Source: Acetobacteraceae bacterium
GTDB lineage: Bacteria; Pseudomonadota; Alphaproteobacteria; Zavarziniales; Zavarziniaceae
NCBI GenBank assembly: GCA_947379865.1
Contig: CANCOY010000001.1
Span: 11,724-75,723 of the forward strand
DNA: 64,000 bases
Reading direction: 5' to 3'
This document shows positions 57,301-64,000 of the stretch, one piece after another (position 1 is the first letter of the stretch; every line of letters starts with the position of its first letter). The notes below the pieces were generated by a model. It searched no databases. It worked only from the letters and a program-made list of their open reading frames with translations, and was not told the origin of the DNA. A program made the position numbers and the translations under genes.

Positions 57301-58929
57301 GCGGGCAGCAGCGGCACCACCGATGCCACCGGTACGGCGGCCCGGTTCAACCTGCCCCAGGGCATTGCCGTGGACAGCGCCGGCATTGCCTTTGTTACCG
57401 ACACCGGCAACAGCACCATCCGCAAGATCACCACGGCGGGCGTGGTCACCACCTTTGCGGGCAGTGCCGGCCTGCAGGGCGGCACCAATGACACGGGCAG
57501 CCTTGCCCGCTTCGCCAGCCCCCTTGGCATCACCCGCGATGCCAGCAATGTGCTTTACGTGACCGACAGCACGGGCCAGACCCTGCGCAAGATCACCACC
57601 GCCGGCGTGGTAAGCACCCTTGCCGGCGCCCATGGCCTGTCGGGCAGCACGAACGACACGGGCGCACTGGCCCGCTTCTCTGCCCCCTCTGGCGCCGTTG
57701 TCGACAGCACGGGCGCCCTCTTTGTGACGGATGCCGCCAATGGCACGATCCGCAAGGTTACATCTGGCGGTGCCGTGACCACCTTTGCAGGGACGGCCGG
57801 GGCGCAGGGCTCGGTCAACGGCACGGGGGCGGGCGCCATGTTCTACAAGCCCGTGGGCCTTGCGCGCGACGCCAGCAATACACTGTATGTGGCCGACCCG
57901 GTGGCCCATGTCATCCGCAAGATCACCAGTACCGGCGCCACCACCACCCTGGCCGGTTATCCCGCCACTGTGGGGGCCGCCAATGATACGGGCAGCCTCG
58001 CCAGTTTCCGCGACCCCTCTGCCATGGTGGCCGATGGCGCGGGCAATCTCTTCATCGCCGACACCGGCAACCACAGCATCCGCAAGGTGACGCCAGCCGG
58101 CGTGGTGACAACCTTTGCTGGAACCGCCCTCATCTCTGGCGCGACCAATGGCACGGGTGCCGACGCACGCTTCAACGGCCCCAGGGGCCTGGCGATTGAT
58201 GGCAGCGGCACCCTCTATGTGGCGGATACTGGCAACCACGCCATCCGCATGATTACCTCTGCCGGGGTGGTGACAACCCTTGCGGGCAGCGCCGGTACAG
58301 TTGGATCAACCGATGCAACGGGGGCGCTCGCCCGTTTCCGCGGCCCTGCCGCACTCGCGGTGGACAGCGCGGGCAGCACGCTTTATGTGGCGGACACGGG
58401 CAATTACACGCTCCGCAAGATCACGGTTGCAACTGGCGCCGTCAGCACCCTGGCAGGCTCGGCCGGACTTGCGGGGACGACGGAGGGAACGGGCACCGCC
58501 GCCCGCTTTGGCCTGGTTCAGGGCCTCGGCCTTGATACGACGGGCACCACCCTTTACGTCGCAGATACCAGCAACAACACCATCCGCAAGGTCGTTATCA
58601 GCACCGGCCTTACCAGCACCTTTGCGGGCACGGCTGGCAGCCGCGGCACCCTTGCGGGCACCGGCACCGCCGCCCGCTTCTCCAGCCCGTCGGCGCTGAT
58701 GGTGGACAGCGCCAACACCCTCTATGTGGGGGACGCTGGCAGTTGCACCCTGCGCAAGATCACCTCCGCCGCCGTGGTAACAACCCCGGTGGGCTCCGCC
58801 GGCACCTGCCTGTTCGCCGCCGCCAATGCGCCCTCCACCATCAGCGTGCCCATGGGCCTTGCGAAGGTGGGGACAAGCCTGTTCGTGACCCTGGGCAATG
58901 GCGTGGCGAAGGTCGCAAACATCCCCTGA
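54385..58929 (+). CDS. Giant secreted multidomain protein: signal peptide, 7x RCC1-like blades, 3x Ig-like repeats, 2x ASH/choice-of-anchor-D-like domains, 12x NHL-like blades
   Basis: 1514 aa. Seven CWG...GQ(L/V)GDG units (about aa 45-397). Three 80-aa ISWSQ(S/T)LSG repeats (aa 400-640). Two domains of about 105 aa (aa 641-852). Twelve units of about 55 aa with ARF..P.G(I/L)A.D..G.L(Y/F)V(A/T)D..N..IRK(I/V)T. An alternative start at 54418 (MNRFSQILFLLLALCC...) gives a clean signal peptide. Confidence 0.85.
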   Translation: MPLLGLSAVTQMNRFSQILFLLLALCCTFMLAGGGAHAAVLAPASVSVGTDHSCALMTDGTVFCWGDSAFGQVGDGTTDRHLSPVQISGLSGVSAVTAGVQTSCALLSDQTITCWGRNDRAQTGNQRQDQALSPVATLDITAATAVSSGLDHTCALLSDATVKCWGSNSYAQLGNASNGSFRPVSVSISDQDGVRTLTGVTAIASGFYHSCALVRGGTVWCWGWNPFGQVGNGTTNNAQYAVAVSGLSGVLAISAGDFHNCAVLTVGTVKCWGANFNGQLGSVTSPDTAKSLIPVAVPSLSGVAAISAGGYQTCALLTGKTVSCWGDNTVGQLGDGTTVSSLAPVAVSGLSNVALLSVSNTSACAVLMDGTLKCWGGNESGQIGDGTTKQRSPPVYTVFPQSISWSQTLSGGVGDSVALTATASSGLSVTYAGTADICTISGSTLTLVATGTCIVTAAQAGTSNYSAADSVSLSFDVTKGTQTISWSQSLSGAVGGTVSLGATATSGLALTYASDTTGVCTVSGTTLSLVSAGTCSITASQAGSDSYFATSLTRSFTVAKGSQSISWSQSLSGAVTGSLSLAASTSSGLAVSFAGTSGVCTASGSTLSLVAQGICTVTVTQAGNDNYLTATSVQKTFTVTAAIAVSPSSLSFASRPINTTSSAQTIAVSNGGGASFQITGITLSGTDAAAFTASNGCSTVAAGASCTISLTFKPTTTGAKAATLAIASTAIGTPSVSVSLSGTGSAAAPIIGLSASSFSFGNQFVGTASAGRTLTISNAGSASLAISSSVLSGTNAAAFTKTGTCTSVAAGASCALTLAFAPSATGAASATLTINSNASGSAATTVALTGAGIVTTLSSLAGTIDGPGFANGTGSAARFNMPSGIALDASGNLYVTDTDNNLVRKVTTAGVVTTLAGQVRTPGATNATGTSALFKAPTGIAITSSNLLVADSGNHMIRKLTTAGVATTLAGTAGSSGTTDATGTAARFNLPQGIAVDSAGIAFVTDTGNSTIRKITTAGVVTTFAGSAGLQGGTNDTGSLARFASPLGITRDASNVLYVTDSTGQTLRKITTAGVVSTLAGAHGLSGSTNDTGALARFSAPSGAVVDSTGALFVTDAANGTIRKVTSGGAVTTFAGTAGAQGSVNGTGAGAMFYKPVGLARDASNTLYVADPVAHVIRKITSTGATTTLAGYPATVGAANDTGSLASFRDPSAMVADGAGNLFIADTGNHSIRKVTPAGVVTTFAGTALISGATNGTGADARFNGPRGLAIDGSGTLYVADTGNHAIRMITSAGVVTTLAGSAGTVGSTDATGALARFRGPAALAVDSAGSTLYVADTGNYTLRKITVATGAVSTLAGSAGLAGTTEGTGTAARFGLVQGLGLDTTGTTLYVADTSNNTIRKVVISTGLTSTFAGTAGSRGTLAGTGTAARFSSPSALMVDSANTLYVGDAGSCTLRKITSAAVVTTPVGSAGTCLFAAANAPSTISVPMGLAKVGTSLFVTLGNGVAKVANIP

Positions 58930-59098
58930 GATAAAGGGGATCTGGGGCACCACAACAAAGGGCAGGCCCCATAGGGGGCGGCGTCTCTTGGGGTGGGAAT
59001 AAAGGCCATTGGTCGACTGAGATTTATTCTTTGTTCAAAGGATTTCTCCTGTTTGTGCGCCTCACGGCACCTGTTCCACGCCGTGGAGAGGTTCGCGC

Positions 59099-59127
59099 TT
59101 GACAGTTTGCTCAGCCTTCCAATTATC
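59099..59127 (+). promoter_or_regulatory. Candidate sigma-70 promoter of the VHL-beta-like gene
   Basis: TTGACA (59099-59104), 17-nt spacer, ATTATC (59122-59127). GGAAGGGA Shine-Dalgarno sequence before the ATG at 59178. Confidence 0.35.
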
Positions 59128-59177
59128 TGGGATATGCATATTCAGGCTCGCGCGGGCGGGCTGGAAGGGACATCGAG

Positions 59178-59540
59178 ATGAAGAAGTTTCTGGTGCTGGG
59201 TTGCCTGCTGGCCGGCGGTGTGTTCCTGATGCCGCAGGCGGCAAAGGCCTTTTCCATTCCCGACGGTTGTTCGGCGCAGACCCTCGCCGGTCTGAAGTCG
59301 GGCAATAGCGAGGAGGCGGCACAGATTACCTTCCGGAACATGTATCCCCGCCCCGTCGAGATCTGGTGGATCAACTTTGAAGGCAAGCCGGAGCTTTTCC
59401 TGACGATCGAGAAGGACGGCAGCGAGAAGATCGAAACCTTCGTCGGTCACATCTGGAAGGTTGTGGATACGGCCGGCAAGAAGTGCGTCTTTTCCTATAG
59501 CGCCGACAAGGGCGACGAGAGCGTACTGATCATGGAATAG
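59178..59540 (+). CDS. Small secreted protein with a von Hippel-Lindau (pVHL) beta-domain-like fold
   Basis: 120 aa. Signal peptide MKKFLVLGCLLAGGVFLMPQAAKA. QITFRNMYPRPVEIWWINFEGKPELFLTIEKDGSEKIETFVGHIWKVVD aligns gaplessly to human pVHL residues 73-121 (sequence recalled from memory). Confidence 0.7.
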   Translation: MKKFLVLGCLLAGGVFLMPQAAKAFSIPDGCSAQTLAGLKSGNSEEAAQITFRNMYPRPVEIWWINFEGKPELFLTIEKDGSEKIETFVGHIWKVVDTAGKKCVFSYSADKGDESVLIME

Positions 59541-59629
59541 GCATCGGAGAACCGCTTAACCAAGCGTTCACCGTCTGCTGGCATGATGGCGGGATGACTG
59601 ATTTTCTGTAGATCGGGCGCCCGCCAGCC

Positions 59630-60097
59630 ATGTTGTTTTCCCCTCATCGGCCGCTGCCGGGCGGCACTGCACCCCACGGCCCCCGCCGCCTGATGCTGGG
59701 TCTGGCGGCTGGCCTGCTGCTGCTATCGGCCCCTGCCAGAGTGCACGCGCAGGAAGATGGCGCGGCCACCCCGGCAGAGCGGATCACCCCCTATATCCAG
59801 CTGGAGCCGTTGCAGGCCAGCGTGATCGAGAAGGGGATGTGGATCGCCACCCTTGTGGTCGCCGCCAGCCTCGACAGCCCCACGTTCGAGACAAGGCAAC
59901 TGGCGCGCTCCCGCATGGAGCGCCTCAATGAAGCCTATCTGTTTGCGCTGTCGAATTTCGCCCGCACCAGGGTCTCCCTCGACCGCCCGGTCAATGTCGC
60001 GGTGCTGGCCAGCACCCTTCAGCGCGTGACCGATGAGGTGCTGGGGCCAGGGATCGCCAAGGTGCTGATCGGCTTTGTTGCCGTCAACAAGGCCTAG
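59630..60097 (+). CDS. Exported hypothetical protein (RR-containing signal peptide; weak FliL-like resemblance)
   Basis: 155 aa. GPRRLMLGLAAGLLLLSAPARVHA signal. No firm domain call. Confidence 0.5.
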   Translation: MLFSPHRPLPGGTAPHGPRRLMLGLAAGLLLLSAPARVHAQEDGAATPAERITPYIQLEPLQASVIEKGMWIATLVVAASLDSPTFETRQLARSRMERLNEAYLFALSNFARTRVSLDRPVNVAVLASTLQRVTDEVLGPGIAKVLIGFVAVNKA

Positions 60098-60123
60098 GCG
60101 GCCCAATCCAACCATCGAAAATG

Positions 60124-60159
60124 AAAAAGGCCGGGGCTTTTGGCCCCGGCCTTGTTTCT
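60124..60159. terminator. Bidirectional intrinsic terminator between convergent genes
   Basis: Perfect 11-bp stem AAGGCCGGGGC (60127-60137) / GCCCCGGCCTT (60143-60153), flanked by an A-run and a T-run. Confidence 0.75.
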
Positions 60160-60197
60160 GCCCTCATGCCGCCCGGTGTGACCCCGCGGCAGGCCGA

Positions 60198-61208
60198 TTA
60201 CTCGGTCAGGGTCTGTGTCTTGGCACCTTCTTCGCCGAAGACATGGATGACGCCGTCCTTGGTCTGGATCAGGGCCGCCATGGCTGCACGATCGTCGCGC
60301 GGGGCATAGACGAAGGTCTTGCCGCCGTCCTTGCTGATCTGCACGGTGCCTTCAAGGCCGATCAGCACAACGCGGCCATCGCTGAGGATGCGGCCGGACT
60401 GGATCGACGAGGTCGACTTGTTGGCAACCTGGTTCCAGGTGGTGCCGCCATCGGCCGAGTGCCAGATGTTGCCGCGCATGCCGAAGACCAGCACGCTGCC
60501 ATCCTCGAGGCCAAGGCCGTTCCAGAACGAACCGGAATAGGGGGTCTGCAGGATTTCCCAGTTCTCGCCCTTGTCCTTGGAGCGGAACACATGGCCAGCT
60601 TCGCCCGCGATCAGCAGTTCGCCGCTCTTGGCCTTGAAGATGCCGTTCATGTGGAAATCGCTGTCGCCGATCTTCTTCTGCGTCCAGGTGGCACCACCAT
60701 CAGCCGTCGTCATGTAGAGGCTGTAGGCACCAACCGCGAAGCCATTCTGGGCATCGCTGAAGTAGACGGAGAAGAGGGGCTGTTCCAGCTCGGGCTGCTT
60801 GCTCTGCACGGTCCAGGTCTGGCCGGCATCGGCGCTGTGCAGGATGACGGCATCATGGCCAACGGCCCAGCCGTTCTTCGCGTCGGCAAAGGCAATCGAC
60901 GTGAGCGTGACGTCAACCGGCACGGTGGCCTGGGTCCAGCTGGCACCCTGGTCATCGGAATAGACGATGTGGCCCCATTCGCCGACCGCCACCAGGCGTT
61001 CGCCAGCGGTGGTCACATCGAGCAGAAGCGAGGTTGCCGCAAGGCGCGAGGGGAGGGAAGGTGCATCCTTCAGCTCGCTACCCTCGGTCACTGCCTTGGG
61101 CACGACGGGGGCGAGCGTGGACTGCGCGAAGGCGGGCGCACCGGCAAGGCCCAGGCACAGGCCGGCGGCAAGACCCAGGACGGAAGAGCGGCGAAGGAGA
61201 AGGGTCAT
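60198..61208 (-). CDS. Exported Ycf48/BNR-like seven-bladed beta-propeller protein
   Basis: 336 aa. Signal peptide. Repeated S.D.G.(S/T)W Asp-box motifs (SDDQGASWT, SADAGQTWT, TADGGATWT, SKDKGENWE, SADGGTTWN, SKDGGKTF). Confidence 0.8.
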   Translation of the reverse strand: MTLLLRRSSVLGLAAGLCLGLAGAPAFAQSTLAPVVPKAVTEGSELKDAPSLPSRLAATSLLLDVTTAGERLVAVGEWGHIVYSDDQGASWTQATVPVDVTLTSIAFADAKNGWAVGHDAVILHSADAGQTWTVQSKQPELEQPLFSVYFSDAQNGFAVGAYSLYMTTADGGATWTQKKIGDSDFHMNGIFKAKSGELLIAGEAGHVFRSKDKGENWEILQTPYSGSFWNGLGLEDGSVLVFGMRGNIWHSADGGTTWNQVANKSTSSIQSGRILSDGRVVLIGLEGTVQISKDGGKTFVYAPRDDRAAMAALIQTKDGVIHVFGEEGAKTQTLTE

Positions 61209-61696
61209 TCTGGACTCACGGTCAGGAGGCTACGGGTCAGGGCTGGCGAAAGCGCCGATGAAGGCCCCCCGATGGAAAGCGGGGCGCAGGGGAAACAGTT
61301 TCTTGAGGTCACGGGCGGGAACCGCAGGGAATGCGTCGTGCCACAGGCCCCGTTTGCCGGATCCCTCTGGCTGCGCCCAAGGCCGGATACCGGCCTGTGG
61401 GTGCGCAATGCACCACCATATGTCGTCCTCCCTCACCTCTGTCGCGCTCCGTGCGCCTGTCCTGCCACCCCCGGGGGGCACCGGACAAGCACCGGACCGT
61501 CTATTTTTGGCCGTCCAGCCTTTCCAGGCACACCCCGGATCGTTCGGGGGGGCCATGGCAAGGCGGCAGCACGGCAATACATTAGCCGCGATTGCCCGGC
61601 GGATAAAGCCTGCACCGGCAGGAACCCGCCAGACAGGCGTGCAGCGGACGATTTGTTCCCCTGCCGCCCGCCATGTCAAGCAGGACCTTCGCCGGT

Positions 61697-62620
61697 TCAG
61701 GTATTGAGGTACTCCAGCGGCAGGCCCGGACGCGGCCATTCGAAGGAAACAAGCTTGCCCGTGCCAGACAGCGTCGCATAGGCCGTGCGCAGATCCTTGC
61801 CGCCAAAGCAGATGTTGGTGGTCAGCGGATCGGGCAGCGGATAGTGCTTTACGTCCTTCCCATCTGGCGAAATGGCCGTGATGCCGCCATTACCGATGGT
61901 TGCGGCGCAAACATAGCCGCCGGCATCCACCGCCAGACTGTCGAGCAGGTTGAAGTCGGGCAGGCCCACCAGCAGCGTGCCGCCATGGGCAAGCAGGCCC
62001 GGCGCCGGCGCAATCACCCCCGGCGCGGCGATGTCGAAGGCCCAGACCCGGCCGGTGAAGGTTTCTGCGACATAGAGACGCTTGTGGTCCGGCGACAGGC
62101 CGATGCCATTGGGGCCTTCCAGCGGGAAGATGATTTCCTTGCACGAACTGCCATCGGCCTTGGCATAGAAGACGCCGGTGCGGTCGCGCTCGCGATCACG
62201 GCTCTTGCCATGGTCGGTGAAGTAAAAGCCGCCGTGCTTGTCGAACACGATGTCATTGGGGCCACGCAGGGCCACGTCGCCGGCCTTGGTATACAGGGTC
62301 TCGAATTTGCCCGTCTCAGGGTCGACCACCTGGATGGAGCCGCCCTTGTAATCATGGGGCTGGTGGCCGGGGAACAGCAGGCCCTCGTGGGTCGACCATT
62401 CAAAGCCGCCATTGTTGCAGACATAGATCTTGCCATTGGGGCCCATGGCAGCGCCGTTGGGGCCGCCGCCCAGCTTGGCGATGATCGTCTGCTTGCCGTC
62501 GGCCGCCACCCGGGTAAGGGTGCCACGCTCGATCTCCACCAGAATGATGGAGCCATCGGGCATGGCGATGGGGCCTTCCGGGAACCTGAGGCCAGAGGTG
62601 ATCTCATGGAACGCAGTCAT
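61697..62620 (-). CDS. SMP-30/gluconolactonase/LRE family protein (six-bladed propeller)
   Basis: Met 8 (MTAFHEITSGLRFPEGP) preceded by GGAGGA. PNGIGLSPD and NDIVFD motifs. Confidence 0.85.
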   Translation of the reverse strand: MTAFHEITSGLRFPEGPIAMPDGSIILVEIERGTLTRVAADGKQTIIAKLGGGPNGAAMGPNGKIYVCNNGGFEWSTHEGLLFPGHQPHDYKGGSIQVVDPETGKFETLYTKAGDVALRGPNDIVFDKHGGFYFTDHGKSRDRERDRTGVFYAKADGSSCKEIIFPLEGPNGIGLSPDHKRLYVAETFTGRVWAFDIAAPGVIAPAPGLLAHGGTLLVGLPDFNLLDSLAVDAGGYVCAATIGNGGITAISPDGKDVKHYPLPDPLTTNICFGGKDLRTAYATLSGTGKLVSFEWPRPGLPLEYLNT

Positions 62621-62690
62621 TTTCTTCCTCCCCTGCGGCATCGGCGTGCCGCTTGATTTGCTCTCTGCTTAAGCCGCCAGCCGCCGGTCT

Positions 62691-64000
62691 TCAAGAAGAG
62701 ACATGGCGCGGCACTTGCCCTGCCATGCCAAGCAGCCCCTCAAGCGCCTGGCCGGCCGCCAGCAGGGCCGCCTCGCCGCGTGGCCGCCCCACCAATTGCA
62801 GGCCCACGGGCAGGCCGGCGCGGGTCAGGCCACAGGGCAGCGCCAGCACCGGGCAGCCGGTCAACGTCACGGCATAAGTGATGCCCAGCCAATGCATATA
62901 GGTCTCGAATTCATGGCCCCCCAGGCGTTCAAGCGTGCGGGCATCGGCCGCAAAGGGCGGCGTGATGGCGGCAGGGCAGACCAGCAGGTCGTGGGTGGCA
63001 AAAAAGCGCCCCATGCGTCCCACCAGTTCGCCACGCAGGCGTTCGGCGCGGGCGAGCTGTGCCTGGCTCAGGGCCTGGCCCTTTTCGATGTTCCAGATGA
63101 TGTCGGGCTTCAGCCGCGCCCGCTCGCGCGCCAGCAATTCCCCCATGGCGGCGGCAAAATTGGCGGCGCGCAACGTGTGGAAGGCCTCGTGGGCATGGGC
63201 AAAGCTGGGCGCCGCATCGTCCACCGCAATGCCCAGGTCGCCCAGGCGCAGGGCAGCGGCCGCCGTGATGGCGGCAATTTCGGGATCAACCGGCCCCATG
63301 CCCAGATCGGGGCTGAAGGCCGCGCGCAGCGGCAGCGGCCCCGCCAGCCCGTCCACGAACGAGACGGCAGGCGGCGGCAGGGCAAGCGGATCGGCATCGT
63401 CGAGGCCGACCATGGCATCAAGGAACAGGGCCACGTCGCCCACGCTGCGGCCCATGGGCCCTTCGACAGAGAGGGTATCAAAGGGCAGCGCGCGCGGCGC
63501 ATAGGGCACGCGGCCGGGCGATGGCCTGAGGCCGACCACCCCACAAAAGGCCGCCGGCGTGCGACACGACCCGCCCATGTCGGAACCCTGGGCCAGCCAG
63601 ACCTGGCCCGACGCCAGCGCCGCCCCCGCCCCGCCCGAGGAGCCACCGGGCGTCAGCGCGGTGTTCCAGGGATTGCGGGTGATCCCGAAAACCTCGTTGA
63701 AGGTAACACCCCCGGCCCCCCATTCCGGCGTGTTCGACTTGGCCAGCACCGCCCCGCCGTTCGCCTCGATCCGCGCCACCGTGGCGTCGGAACGCTGGGG
63801 CACATGATTGGCAAACACCGGCGAGCCATAGGTCGTGCGCACGCCGGCCACGTCGTTCAGGTCCTTGATGGCCAGCGGCAGGCCCGCCAGCCAGCCAGGC
63901 CGGCCGGTGATCTCTGGCCCTGCCTTCATGGCGGCGCGGGCCTGGTCGCGGGCGCGCTCCGGGCACAGGGTTGGCAAGGCGTTGAGTTGGGGTTCCGTCT
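62691..64000 (-). CDS. Amidase-signature family amidase, 5' end beyond window
   Basis: GGSSGGAGAALASG signature and LAIKDL. The frame stays open upstream of the tracked TTG at 63977 up to the window edge (…TEPQLNALPTLCPE…). Confidence 0.85.
   Translation of the reverse strand, partial: TEPQLNALPTLCPERARDQARAAMKAGPEITGRPGWLAGLPLAIKDLNDVAGVRTTYGSPVFANHVPQRSDATVARIEANGGAVLAKSNTPEWGAGGVTFNEVFGITRNPWNTALTPGGSSGGAGAALASGQVWLAQGSDMGGSCRTPAAFCGVVGLRPSPGRVPYAPRALPFDTLSVEGPMGRSVGDVALFLDAMVGLDDADPLALPPPAVSFVDGLAGPLPLRAAFSPDLGMGPVDPEIAAITAAAALRLGDLGIAVDDAAPSFAHAHEAFHTLRAANFAAAMGELLARERARLKPDIIWNIEKGQALSQAQLARAERLRGELVGRMGRFFATHDLLVCPAAITPPFAADARTLERLGGHEFETYMHWLGITYAVTLTGCPVLALPCGLTRAGLPVGLQLVGRPRGEAALLAAGQALEGLLGMAGQVPRHVSS

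Noticed and set aside
56641-58239. 532-aa minus-strand ORF inside the giant gene
   Set aside because: It is a product of the repetitive, GC-rich NHL-repeat DNA. The translation is Gly/Ala/Arg-rich with no structure. The plus-strand frame has a coherent repeat architecture.
54385-58929. Giant protein as an RHS/YD-repeat or polymorphic toxin
   Set aside because: There are no YD repeats, no PxxxxDPxGL-type cleavage motif, and no distinct C-terminal toxin domain or downstream immunity-like gene. The C-terminus is simply the last NHL-like blade.
61300-61380. Cobalamin-riboswitch-like strings (GGGAAC...GGGAATGCG...GCCACAGG)
   Set aside because: The order and spacing of the elements do not match the B12 consensus, the B12 box is imperfect, and the plus strand has no downstream gene to regulate.

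Overview
High-GC (over 60% by eye) chromosomal window from an alphaproteobacterium. The dapF-mtaB-ftsY-yciB synteny and a single ccmABCDEFGHI operon suggest a Rhodospirillales-like organism, but that is a guess. About 60 protein genes plus one tRNA-Ala(CGC).

Most of the window is housekeeping: dapF, mtaB, ftsY, yciB, the full System I cytochrome c maturation operon, acnA, htpG, a GldG/DUF4340-type ABC exporter, a ybbA/ybbP-like ABC pair divergent from a tesA-like esterase, thpR, cobB, phhB, rlmN, argG, folD and yggT/yggU.

Accessory or unusual content:
1. A higBA-like toxin-antitoxin pair (18.2-18.9 kb).
2. A solitary class-II Fic gene preceded by a helically phased array of ten ATCGACA/TGTCGAT heptamers (27.29-27.49 kb).
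3. A polytopic membrane-protein gene with an internal segment of about 31% GC, followed by a truncated ACP-like ORF (35.3-37.3 kb).
4. Downstream of tRNA-Ala, a lower-GC outer-membrane-protein cluster: two tandem OmpA-like paralogues with homogenised 3' halves, OmpW, and a G13 tract.
5. A 1514-aa secreted RCC1 / Ig-like / ASH-like / 12x NHL protein, followed by a small secreted protein that aligns without gaps to the hydroxyproline-binding beta domain of human pVHL.

I consider item 5 together with the fic operator-like array the best candidates for undescribed biology.

No CRISPR array, integrase, transposase, reverse transcriptase or recognisable multi-gene defence system was seen. Short in-frame or intergenic tandem repeats (6, 12, 15, 24 and 36 bp units) are unusually frequent. 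Coordinates of small motifs were indexed by hand and may be off by 1-2 nt. All homology calls come from reading the translations and motif recall, not from database searches.
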